Positions 10,898 through 22,690 of a stretch of 33,111 nt of DNA are shown here, in pieces (within the stretch, counting starts at the first letter, position 1; each line of letters begins with the position of its first letter). The notes beneath the pieces are model-generated. The model saw only the letters and a program-made list of their open reading frames with translations, made no database searches and had not been told where the DNA came from. Source of the stretch: Octopus sinensis (taxonomy: Eukaryota). The DNA lies in assembly GCF_006345805.1 (NCBI RefSeq), contig NW_021832090.1:1-33111 (forward strand), read 5' to 3'. Position numbers and translations under genes: made by a program.

Positions 10898-11047
10898 GAG
10901 AGAGAGAGAGCGGGAGAGAGAGAGAGAGAGAGAAGGTGAAGGAGAGCGAGAAAGAAGAAGAGAGGGACAGAGCGAAAGTGACTGAGAGTGAGAGATGGAA
11001 ATATATATATCTAAATCACCTACACATGCGCATGCATATAAATGTGC

Positions 11048-11097
<50 letters not shown>

Positions 11098-11135
11098 ATA
11101 TTATACATATGTAATGTGTGTGTGCATATGTGTTG

Positions 11136-11172
<37 letters not shown>

Positions 11173-11369
11173 ATATGTATGTGTGAGTGTGTGTATGTGT
11201 GTTGTGTGCATGCAGCAATGCATGAGTAGTTCCATATAAAAATTTGTTTACACTAATGGAGAAAAATGATGGACATGCAGAGAAGGAGATGATTTGGTTG
11301 GTATAGAAGTTGGAAGCACGTGGGGAAGGGTAGGAGGAGATAACTAAACGATAGGTGCCTGTGTGTGTG

Positions 11370-11412
<43 letters not shown>
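10790..11412. repeat. (CT)n, (TA)n, (GA)n and (GT)n microsatellites
   Basis: Direct reading. Confidence 0.9.
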
Positions 11413-11414
<2 letters not shown>

Positions 11415-11734
11415 GTGGCTGCATGCAGAATGGGTGTAGGGTGAGGAAGATAATTAGATTGCCTTAAATCTAATGAGCTTAGTACCTTTTGTGGCCAATT
11501 AACGACCACAGACGCATATTGCATTAACTCAAATCAAGAAAGTGCCAATGAGCGATGCAACGTAAAGTCTCTCAGAGCAAGGCATGAAGGCCACTCATGC
11601 TCAGATTTTGTTTTCGTCCGATTTGTGCATAGCAAGCAATAAATCCAAATTTGGTTTCCTCCATCGGTTATAGTGTGCTATGGCAGGGGAAAAATAACGG
11701 AATCACCAAATTTAGAGCAGCAGCTCGGATTAAA

Positions 11735-11755
11735 TGTGTGTGTGTGTGTGTGTGT

Positions 11756-11818
<63 letters not shown>

Positions 11819-11866
11819 TGTGTGTGTGTCTGTGTGTGTGTGTGTGTGTATGTGTGTGTGTGTGTG
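11735..11866. repeat. (GT)n microsatellite
   Basis: Direct reading. Confidence 0.95.
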
Positions 11867-12019
11867 TTGTGTGTGGGTTTAAGAAGGTTGTTTCTCTGCC
11901 ACATGGTTCTGGATGATGCAGTCCTGCTCCTTGGCACTTTGGGCAATTGTCATCTACAATAGTCTAGGAGTCGGCCAAAGCCTTGTAAGTGGATTTGGCA
12001 GACGGAAACTGGAAGAAAC

Positions 12020-12112
<93 letters not shown>

Positions 12113-12165
12113 TGTATGTATGTATGTGTGTGTGTGTATGTATGTATGTATGTATGTTATACATG

Positions 12166-12215
<50 letters not shown>

Positions 12216-12476
12216 GTGTGCGCGCGCGTGTGTATTTATGTATGTATGTGTGGGCGCCTTTGTGCGTCCCCCACAACCGCTTGACAACCGGTGTTGGTGT
12301 GTTTACGTGCCCGTAACTTAGTGGTTTGGCAAAAAAGTGCTGATTCATTAACTACCAGGCTTGAAAATAAAAAAAACACACACAAAAAAAAACAAACCCT
12401 TGGATCAATTCATTCGACTGAAAATCCTTCAAGGCGGTGCCCCAATATGGCCGCAGTCAAATGACGGGAGAAAAAC
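11867..12476 (+). mobile_element. SINE family B, diverged, with an expanded internal microsatellite
   Basis: Matches the reverse complement of 23689-24093: GGCACTTTGGGCAA...GGATTTGGCAGACGGAAACTG, an internal simple repeat, then CGCTTGACAACCG...GCAGTCAAATGAC. Confidence 0.85.
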
Positions 12477-12534
12477 CGTAACTATTACGCAAAGTTTCCG
12501 TTCGAACGCCCTTACAATTCCTCAAGTCCACGGC

Positions 12535-13050
12535 CCTACTTTTTGTAGTTGCGGCAGCATTCACTCGAGGTGGGTTGATCTGGCTCCTATCCACGAGTTC
12601 ACCACGTCCCTCACGAATGCCGACCACGTCCGCCGTTTGACCTTAACGCTCCAGCAGGCAAAATATTGCTTCTGCCTGCGGCCCCAAATATCCACCTCAT
12701 AAATTTGACAAATGCCCCCACAGGGAGAACAAACGCGTTGGATTGCGCAGACGCCGTAGCCGTAGCCATCGTTCGTCGTTGAGATGTAGGGGTCGTGTTC
12801 GGAGTGTCGGCGCGGGTCCAAGTTCACATGTGGTCTCTGGTCACATGCATGCACTTTAGGGGACAGTGTGGTCCGTAGATGCTCATCTTGTCGTCGAGAA
12901 TTTGGACCTGGAGATCTCCATTTCCAGCGACTTCGAGGGCCACCTCCCAGTGGTGTCGGGGTCAACGAAGAGCCCTCGACTATAACAAGACGACCAAAGT
13001 TTTGTTTTCTTCCAAGGTCTGGGGGTCTCCAGCCCCTAAGCCCTAGGTCA
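12535..13050 (-). mobile_element. RTE-like LINE 3' fragment, heavily frameshifted
   Basis: GLETP.PWKKTKL (like GLxVSWxKTK), remnants resembling RDHV and ERxLRL, and a C-terminus KRRTWSAFVRDVVNS similar to RTE ORF ends. GC-rich relative to its flanks. Confidence 0.55.
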
Positions 13051-13079
13051 TCACCTAATCACCCTTACCCGTCTTGTTG

Positions 13080-13990
13080 CTTAACAACAACAACAACAAC
13101 AACGAGCAGCGGCAACAACAATAGCAACAACAGCAATTCGTCCTGTTCATTCCTAGCAAACTCACTCCCCTTCTCGTTCTCCTCCTCTCCTCTTACATCT
13201 TCATTTCTAGTGACGTGCTCTCCCTCCCTCTCTCTCTCTCTCTGACTGTCTGTCTGTCTCTGTTTCCATGTGTGTGTGTGTGTAAGACCATCTCTCTCTC
13301 TCTCTATCAGCCTGTTGTTTGTCTGTCTGTCTCTCTTCCTCAGTTTTTCTCTCGTCTCTCTCAAATAAAATTTGTCATCAACTCAGCCTTACACAACACA
13401 CACTTATACACTCACACACACACACGCGCGCCGCACACACACACACACACGCACACACAAACACACACTAACACTCTCATAAACGTACTCTGCTATTAAT
13501 ACACGCGCATACATATACAAATACACAAGTACACATGCACACACATATGCACCACACGCTATCCCCGCTCAGCTACCACCACCGCAGCCTCCACTACCAC
13601 CACTACCGCTCAACACCACCGCTGCCGACACAGCCTCCACCACCACCACCGCTATCACCACCACCACTGTCGACACAGTCTCCACCACCACCACCACCAC
13701 CACCACCACCGCTGCCGTCACCTACTCCACCGCCGTCGCCGTCACCACTCGACGACTCCCAAGAAAGCCAGAAACGTCAACCGGAAATTATTTAGAAAAA
13801 TTGCGCATCGAAATTGTTTTAGCGACAGAAGCAGCAACTATCCTCCTCCCCCTCTCCACCACCACCACCACCACCACCACCTCGGTCATCAACATTAACT
13901 TGCACAACCACCTACACCACCATCAGCAGCTGCAGCAGCATTAACATCATCATCTTCAGCATCACTACTATATCCCCACCATCACCATCA
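13080..13990. repeat. (AAC)n, (CT)n, (CA)n and (CCA)n low-complexity tracts
   Basis: Direct reading. Confidence 0.88.
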
Positions 13991-14039
13991 CCATCCCCGC
14001 TTCCACGACACTTAGAGCAGTGTAATAGTTTGTAGAAAC

Positions 14040-15760
14040 TTGTGTTGATGAGTTTGGATTTGTAGGGACGTGTGTTGTCGTGTAGAGATAGATGTGTAAG
14101 ATGTGTGTTTTGTAGAGATTTGTAGAAATTGTTTTGCAAAGATTTGTAGAGTTGTGAGTTGTGTAGATATATTGTACAGATGCATGTTGGTATGTAGAGA
14201 ATTGTTAGAGATATGTGTTCGTTTGTAGGGATTTGTAGAGATGCGCATTGGTGTGTGTAGGTTTGTAGAGATGTGTAGCATTTGTAGATAATTGTAGAGA
14301 TGTGCGTGGGTGTGTATAAACTAGTATATATGCATGTTTGTGTGGATATTTGAAATGCCCGTTGCTGTTCAGAGATTTGTAGAATTTGTGTAGAGATTTG
14401 TAGAGATGCATGCTTGTGTGTAGAGATTTGTAGAAATGCATACTTGCGTGTAGAGATTTGTAGAGATGCATGCTTGCGTGTAGAAATTTGTAGAGATGTA
14501 TATTTGCGTGTAGAGATGTGTAGAGATGCATATTTGCGTGTAGAGATTTGTAGAGATGTATGCTTGCGTGTAGAGATTTGTAGGGATGCATGCTTGCGTG
14601 TAGAGATTTGTAGAGATGTATGGTTGCGTGTAGAGTTTTGTAGAGATGTATGGTTGCGTGTAGAGATTTGTAGAGATGTATGCTTGCTTGTAGAGATTTG
14701 TAGGGATGCATGCTTGTGTGTAGAGATTTGTAGAGATGCATGCTTGCGTGTAGAGATTTGTAGAGATGCATGTTTGTGCATAGAGATTTGTAGAGATGTT
14801 TTCTTGCGTGTAGAGATTTGTAGGGATGCATGCTTGCGTGTAGAGATTTGTAGAGATGCATGCTTGCGTGTAGAGATTTGTAGAGATGCATGATTATGTG
14901 TAGAGATTTGTAGAGATGCATGCTTGTATGTAAAGATTTGTAGAGATGCATGCTTGTGTGTAGAGTTTTGATGAGATGCAAGCTTGTGTGTAGAGATTTG
15001 TAGAGATGTATGCTTGCGTGTTTAGATTTGTAGGATGCATGCTTGTGTGTAGAGATTTGTAGAGATGCATGCTTGCGTGTAGAGATTTGTAGAGATGCAT
15101 GTTTGTGCATAGAGATTTGTAGAGATGTATTCTTGCGTGTAGAGATTTGTAGGGATGCATGCTTGCGTGTAGAGATTTGTAGAGATGCATGCTTGCGTGT
15201 AGAGATTTGTAGAGATGCATGATTATGTGTAGAGATTTGTAGAGATGCATGCTTGTATGTAAAGATTTGTAGAGATGCATGCTTGTGTGTAGAGTTTTGA
15301 TGAGATGCAAGCTTGTGTGTAGAGATTTGTAGAGATGCATGCTTGCGTGTAGAGATTTGTAGAGATGCATGCTTGTGTGTAGAGATTTGTAGAGATGCAT
15401 GCTTGCGTGTAGAGATTTGTAGAGATGCATGCTTGCGTGTAGAGATTAGTAGAGATTTGTAGAGATGTGCCTTGTGTAGAGAGTGGTAGAGATTCATGTT
15501 TGCGTAGAAATTTGTCGAGGTGTGCGTTGTCGTGTAGAGAATTGTAGAGATGCATGCTTGCGGGTAGAAAATTATTTAGATATGCGTTGTGTAAAGATTT
15601 CTAGAAGTGTGCTAATGCGTAAAAAATTGTAAAGATGTGTATTGTGTAGAGATGTGCGGAGATGCGTGTTGGTGTGTAGAGATATACAGAAGCGTGTTGT
15701 GTAGACATTTGTAAAGATGTGCTATATAGAATCGTGTGTTGGTGTACAGCGACCTCTACA
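14040..15760. repeat. 30-bp tandem satellite (GTAGAGATTTGTAGAGATGCATGCTTGCGT); core about 14390-15460 with diverged flanks
   Basis: About 35 well-conserved units. Diagnostic variants recur at a 329-bp offset (14771/15100, 14891/15220, 14971/15300). Confidence 0.97.
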
Positions 15761-16289
15761 GGTGTAGGGTTAATGGAGACAAATTATCCAATGTGTCCAT
15801 TTTATAACGGCAGGATATGACTTGAGGGAGATTTGGCTGCTGTTTCGAGCGACCACATAGGCTCAGTAGTAGCGTTGTTTGGGATAGTGGCGTATGTTGG
15901 TGACGATCGTGTGTTATTTTGGCGTTGTTGCTGTTCGTGGTGGTGGTGTTGTGTGCAACGGTGTAAGACATAGTGATGTTGATTGTAGAGTTTGGTTAGT
16001 GGAACAAGTATAGATAGTGCTTTAGCTGTTGGTGGTGGTTGTGGTGGTGGTGGTGTTGAGATTGCAGTAAAAACACGGTTAGATTCGTCGTGTTGCTGGG
16101 ATGGTTATGTATAGATTTCGAACAGTTGGTAACACTGACAATAGCGTCGGCGCATTGATGTTTCGTGACCAACATGATGACACGTACATTGCTGATGATG
16201 ATGATCATGGTTATTACTGTTCTTTTATCTCAGACGTTTTTTTAGAGCTCCTGGAGTCTTGCATGCGTAACGGACTTGCTTCCTGCAGT

Positions 16290-16349
<60 letters not shown>

Positions 16350-16353
16350 TTAC

Positions 16354-16400
<47 letters not shown>

Positions 16401-16599
16401 TAACTATCATCATCATCATCATCATTATTATCATCATCAACATTATCATCATCATCCTCATCATCATCCTCATCATTATCATTATCATCATTATCATCAT
16501 TATTATTGTCGTCATTATCATTATCATCACCATCGTCATCGTCATCATCATCATCATCGTCATCATCATCATTATTATTATCATTATTATCCTTATTAA

Positions 16600-16634
<35 letters not shown>

Positions 16635-16749
16635 TATTATTATTTTTATAATCATCATCATTATTATTATTATTATTAATGTTATTATTCTCATTATCAT
16701 CATGACATCACCGTCATCATCATCATGATCGTGATCATCATCATCATCA

Positions 16750-16799
<50 letters not shown>
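16290..16799. repeat. (TAC)n/(TAT)n/(CAT)n compound trinucleotide microsatellite
   Basis: Direct reading. Confidence 0.95.
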
Positions 16800-17340
16800 G
16801 AGTGAGAGAGCAGTGCATGCCATCAAAGTGACACTGGGGTAAAATATGCGAAGCCCAATATACTCATCATGACTACCCGTCTGATAAGGGTACACCAGGC
16901 ACATGCATCACAACCATATGTGCGCGACATGGTGATCTTATATCAAGATAAACAGCGCATGACCTTGCAGGTGGGACCCAGTTAGAATTTTCTTCAGGTT
17001 GAGTAGGCCATCCCGCTCAAACGGTCCCTGAATAAGGGTTGTTTAAGGATGTTGAAAGAACCACCCATGTTTCCAGAGGTGAATTATTCAAACCCCAAAG
17101 AATCCCTCTCAACACATGGCTATGATGCTCCCCCACTACTTCTGCTCGTGATCAGAGATGCACATATCGTCAGCCACTAAGGGACATGCTCAACTGGTTA
17201 AGGTCAAACAACTGACAAGCAAATTTGTGGTATTGAGCAGAATATTTGCTGTAGCCCATCTTTTATACCAAGACAGAACAATGTACATGATAACACTTCC
17301 AATCAGTTAAGATCAGAAGCCATGAGAGCCACTGCCTGGT
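16800..17340 (-). mobile_element. Non-coding retroposon-like insert (LINE 3' UTR or non-autonomous element) with an (AAT)n tail
   Basis: A 540-bp complex-sequence block with sharp edges inside a microsatellite. It ends ...CTCTCACTC(AAT)n on the minus strand and is flanked by an 88-bp direct duplication. No convincing ORF. Confidence 0.7.
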
Positions 17341-17454
17341 TTATTATTTATTATTATTATTATTATTTTTATAATCATCATCATTATTATTATTATTATT
17401 AATGTTATTATTCTCATTATCATCATGACATCACCGTCATCAGCATCATCATCA

Positions 17455-17527
<73 letters not shown>

Positions 17528-17546
17528 CATCATTATTATTATTATT
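17341..17546. repeat. (ATT)n/(ATC)n tract containing a duplicate of 16632-16719
   Basis: 17355-17442 is identical to 16632-16719 (offset 723). Confidence 0.92.
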
Positions 17547-18946
17547 GATTTGACTCAGGTCGGGTCTTATTCCTGGTAGGGTTCAGCGGGTTAGTATTGA
17601 AAAACTATCGAAAGCTTGTGGATGCCTAAGGTTACAACCTTAGGTACCCACAAGCTTTCACTAGCTTTTTCAAGTGCTTAGAATCCTCCTGATAATCTTT
17701 CCTGATCCTAAGAAGCAAATTTTCTGTAGAAACTCTACAAGAAGACCTTCTATTCCAATCCCCTTCAACCATTTGTCTATATCCTTGCTTACAGTTCCCA
17801 ATGCACCAATTTTTACTGGCCACAACCTTTACGCTCTTCATGGTCCAAATTCTTGCAATTTCAAATTTTAAGGGATTGTAATTTTTTTTGTTTTTCGTCT
17901 TCTTTCTTTCCGATCCTGGAATCAAACGAAAATGATGGATCAATTAATAAACACCTTCACATTTCTCGGCCAATTATTGTTAAGTCTGGTGTATTATTTT
18001 TTTTAGCTTCTTGTCCGTTTGAAAATGAAGGTCCCTCATAATCTTACATTTCTCCAACTCCAGCACTCTTTCGACCCCATGTTCATACCATGTGTCTACA
18101 ATTTTTCCATTTCTGGCAAAGCCTCCAGTGTAAACTTTTGGTCATGCCTCTATTTCTTATATTCTTCCTGTGTCAGCTTGGGGCATTCTGCCACAACGTG
18201 TGTCACTGTCTCGTTCCAAGTTCCACTGACTCTACATTTTTCTAACACATTCTCATCATATTCATTTCCCTCTCCAGTTGTTAGTTTTTATCGCTTGATC
18301 TTAGGCTGCAACAATTAGACTATCTGTATCTTTTTTAAATTGCCGCTTTTTAACCAAGTCCAAGGTTTTCGGGTTCAGTCCCACTGCGTGGCACCTTGGG
18401 CTAGTGTCTTCTACTATAGCCTCAGGCAGCAGTCAAATGACTGAAACAAGTAAAAGAGTAAAAAAGTATACATCTTCAGTGGTTCTCCAATGGTTCCGCA
18501 ATGGTTTCTCTTCCATCTGTCCAACGTGCTCTCTTTGACTTTCATTCTTGCCCTTTTCCCCTATTCCATGCTTGATCACCCGTTCCTTCTTCACCCTCTT
18601 TAGCAGTTTCTCTGTGCTGTTCTGTAAATATTCTAGCAGGCTTTTTCTTTCCATCTATATACACACATTTCCACAACAATTAAGCCTCTTCCACCCTGGG
18701 TCTCTCTTCAGGTACAGCCGGTTGATATCAGCTTTCGGATGGTGGACTCCATCCATTGCCAACAGCTTTCTAGATTTTTCTGTCAAATTTCTGTATGTCT
18801 TCTTTGGTTCAATCTATAATTCCAACTCCATACTTGATTAAGAGTACTGCTCTTGCTTTTATTGCTTCAGGAACATTTTTCGAATTCACTTTTGACTGCA
18901 ATAATTTTCTTACTCTCCTTTAACATTCTTCTTTTTCTTCTTATTA
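17547..18946 (-). mobile_element. R4/Dong-like RLE-type non-LTR retrotransposon, 5'-truncated pseudogene
   Basis: Post-RT motifs RRVRKLLQSK..IKARAV..YGVGIIDWT and HHPKADINRLYLKR; zinc-knuckle remnant ETVTHVVAECPKL..EYK.RHD; RLE motif PDLTII..CLLID; KICLLGSGKIIRR near the end; (AAT)n tail. Confidence 0.85.
18345..18467 (+). mobile_element. SINE family B, internally deleted fragment within the R4-like element
   Basis: GGGTTCAGTCCCACTGCGTGGCACCTTGGGCTAGTGTCTTCTACTATAGCCTC is joined directly to the tail GCAGTCAAATGACTGAAACAAGTAAAAGAG. Confidence 0.85.
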
Positions 18947-19160
18947 GGCAGCAAGTTGGCAGGAACCTTAGCACGCCAGGCGAAACGCTTAGCGGTATTT
19001 CGTCTGTCTTTACGTTCTGAGTTCAAATTCCACCGAGGTCGACTTTGCCTTTCATCCTTTCGGGGGTCGATAAATTAAGTACCTGTTACGTACTAGGGTC
19101 GATCTAATCAACTGCCTCCTCCCCTCAAATTTCGGACCTTGTGCTTAGAGTAGAAAAGAT
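18947..19160 (+). mobile_element. SINE family A (tail type 2)
   Basis: Family A head and B box GAGTTCAAATTCC; tail CGGACCTTGTGCTTAGAGTAGAAAAGAT. Confidence 0.9.
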
Positions 19161-19178
19161 TCTTCTCTTCTTCTTCTT

Positions 19179-19245
<67 letters not shown>

Positions 19246-19262
19246 TATTGTAATTGTTATTG

Positions 19263-19297
<35 letters not shown>

Positions 19298-19338
19298 GTT
19301 ATTGTTATTATATTATTATTGTTATTATTATTGTTATT

Positions 19339-19369
<31 letters not shown>

Positions 19370-19508
19370 GATATTATTGTTATTGTTGGTATTATTATTA
19401 TTATTATTATTATTATTGTTATTGTTATTATTATTATTATTGTTATTGTTATTGTTATTATTATTATTATTGTTATTGTTATTATTATTATTATTGTTAT
19501 TGTTATTG

Positions 19509-19546
<38 letters not shown>

Positions 19547-19637
19547 GTTATTATTACTGTTATTGTTATTGTTATTATTATTATTATTGTTATTGTTATT
19601 ATTACTATTATTATTATTATCATTATTGTTATTGTTA

Positions 19638-19669
<32 letters not shown>

Positions 19670-19802
19670 TTTATTGTTATTGTTATTATTATTATTATTA
19701 TTTTTATTGTTATTGTTATTATTATTTTTTTAATTGTTATTGTTATTATTATTATTATTGTTATTGTTATTATTATTATCATCATCATCATCATCATCAT
19801 CA

Positions 19803-19850
<48 letters not shown>

Positions 19851-19865
19851 TTATTATTATTATTA
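19161..19865. repeat. (CTT)n then long (ATT/GTT)n and (CAT)n trinucleotide tract
   Basis: Direct reading; source of the poly-Leu and poly-Ile ORFs. Confidence 0.95.
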
Positions 19866-19979
19866 CTGTTTGTGGACGTTTACGTAGCTAATATTGCGGT
19901 ATTGAAAAGAATGTGTAGAAAATGATAAATAGTTTTGCGTATTTAATTGAAATTCACTGCAAAACCAGATTGAATGCGT

Positions 19980-20460
19980 AGTGTGTGTGTGTCTGTGTGT
20001 GTGTGTGTGTGTGTTGTGTGCAAGCGTGTGTGCATATATGCATCAATGTATGCACGTATGAATGGATGTATATGTATTTATGTGCAGAAATATGTCCGAC
20101 GATTCTTTCCATTAATATATGGAGTTATGCATGCTTGAATAAATACATACATACTTACACACACACATACATACATACAAACTGAATACATATATATATA
20201 CACACATGTGCTCCGGTTTATATATATATATATATATATATAGATAGATAGATATTGTATATATATCTATCTATATATATATATAGTCATATATACACAC
20301 ATATGTGGGCCGGTTTATATGTATATATAGGCATAAATATATATGAATATATATATATATATACATGTATATATATATATACATACATACATATACATAC
20401 ATATATACATACATACATACATGCATGCATACATACATGCATACATACATACATACATAC

Positions 20461-20508
<48 letters not shown>

Positions 20509-20932
20509 CTGTCTGTATGTATGTATGTATGTATGTATGTATGTATGTATGTATGTATGGATGGATGGATGAATGGTCTACACGCGCACACATACACACT
20601 CTCTTGTACGAATGCGTGCATATTAAAATTTTATGCAGAGGCATATGAAAAAAAGATGATCATTTATTTATGATGCGTGTATATATGCGTAAAACCAAAT
20701 GCACGTTTATACACACTTACGAGTATATGTGCATCGGAGTGTATACGATAGGCGTGTGTCAGCACATGTATGTGTGTGTGCGTGTGGCGTTTGTGTGTGT
20801 GTATGTGTGTGTGTGTGTATTCGTCGGAAATACATGCAAAACAAACTGTTGAAGTGTTTTTTTTATCTCCCTTGAGGATAATATTCCTCCCAGCTTCTCT
20901 GAAATATTTAGTGAATTAAGGAATACCTTACC

Positions 20933-20995
<63 letters not shown>

Positions 20996-21050
20996 ACACA
21001 CACACACATATAAACTAAAAAGCTAGTTTTAATATCTATCTATCCATCTA

Positions 21051-21128
<78 letters not shown>

Positions 21129-21688
21129 AGTGCGTGTGTGTGTGTGTGTGTGTACGTGTGTGCTTGTGTGTGTCTGTGTATGTGTCTGTGTATTTATGTA
21201 TATTATATATGTCCACGTGGGTATGTATATCTGTCGAAATGAGAGATTTTCTGATCGAATTCTGTGTTTAAATAAAAGGAAATAGAATTTGTAAGTGGGA
21301 AGCGGATTGAAATTCGGTTGCGTTTAGCCGCATCTCTAATACATAGATGGGACGTACCTCGGAAAGCAATCACACACACACACACACACACAAATACGCA
21401 TACTTAGACAATCAACACTCGTGCCTCATCTATAGACGTACACATACACAAATAAAGTGTACTCTCAAATACACATATGTATATAATTATATGTGTCATG
21501 TACAACACACACATATAGATATTCATATATATATATATATCTATATATATATATATATATTATATATAATATATATATATATTAATTATATATGTATATG
21601 AATATATATATATGTGGTGTATATATAGGAATATGTGTATAAATATGTGTGTATATATTTTAGGTGTATACGAGTATATATATATGTT

Positions 21689-21746
<58 letters not shown>

Positions 21747-21748
21747 CA

Positions 21749-21780
<32 letters not shown>

Positions 21781-21800
21781 CGCACACACACACTAACAAG
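19980..21800. repeat. Series of (TG)n, (TA)n, (TACA)n, (CA)n and (TCTA)n microsatellites with short unique spacers
   Basis: Direct reading. Confidence 0.88.
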
Positions 21801-22184
21801 CAGTATCGGCGTGCTAAATATAGCAACCAAAATTACCAAGACACAAATTTTCCACTTCAACACAAAGATGAAAGCGGGCAAATGAATAAAAAAAACCCAA
21901 ACGCCCTACCAATGACGAAAATAATAAAGTCAGACATTCCCGTATCTCCACGATTTCGAACTTGGAGAAATGCCCTTAGTTCGTCTTCAGCGAGTCCTAC
22001 TGACCCCCAGTGTTATGGAGATATTCATCTCACCAATGTGTACGATGACCATTTTTAATGCCGCAGCAAATAAAAAAAAAAGAATTTTATCGTTATGATA
22101 AACCAATTAGATTATAAACAATAATATCCTCATAGATGTATATATATATAATATAATATAATAAATGCGAAAACTAATTTCTGC

Positions 22185-22552
22185 CAGGTCACCATTTTTC
22201 AGGATGATAATGCACCAATTGACACTGCTAAAGTTGTTACTGAATGACACGAGGAACATTCTAGTGAATTTGAACGTCTCATCTGGCCACCACAGACCAC
22301 AGATCTCAATATTATTGAATATTTATGGTGCATTTTAGAAAAACAAGTAAGGAGTCGATATCCTCCACCATCATCACTACAAGAACTGGAGACTGTTTTA
22401 GCTGAAGAATGGACAAAAATTCCTTTGGAAACAATTCAAATTCTGTACGAGTCCATACCTCGTAGAATCCAAGCTGTAATTACTGCCAAAGGCGGTCCTA
22501 CCCCATATTAAAATAAATTTGTTTGAAATTTTAAGGTGTTTCCATTATTTTG
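22185..22552 (+). mobile_element. Tc1-like transposase 3' fragment with DD36E spacing and a partial 3' TIR
   Basis: Manual translation from 22194: IFQDDNAPIDTAKVVTE*HEEHSSEFERLIWPPQTTDLNIIEYLW...PRRIQAVITAKGGPTPY*. D at 22206-22208 and E at 22317-22319, with 36 codons between. Confidence 0.88.
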
Positions 22553-22690
22553 TATGTATGTATGTATGTATGTATGTATGTATGTATGTATGTATGTATG
22601 TATGTATGTATGTATGTATGTATGTATGTATGTATGTATGTATGTATGTATGTATGTATGTACGTACGTAATGTATGTATATATATATAA
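22552..22690. repeat. (TATG)n microsatellite
   Basis: Direct reading; near-perfect tract. Confidence 0.97.

Noticed and set aside
12561-12965. 134-aa GC-rich ORF as a novel or horizontally acquired gene
   Set aside because: Better explained as a frameshifted RTE-like LINE 3' fragment, with motifs spread across frames.
13535-13795. Proline-rich ORF
   Set aside because: Translation of a (CCA)n low-complexity tract; no splice or homology support.
14390-15460. CRISPR-like regular array
   Set aside because: The units are contiguous with no unique spacers, no cas genes are present, and the context is eukaryotic. The same applies to 3355-3975.
13912-15555. Long repetitive ORFs (289, 430, 159 and 178 aa)
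   Set aside because: These are products of a 30-bp (multiple of 3) satellite that lacks stop codons in several frames; there is no non-repeat domain.
21800-22058. Unique-looking ORF tail ending ..VYDDHF*
   Set aside because: It begins in a microsatellite, has no recognisable domain and has no polypyrimidine acceptor.
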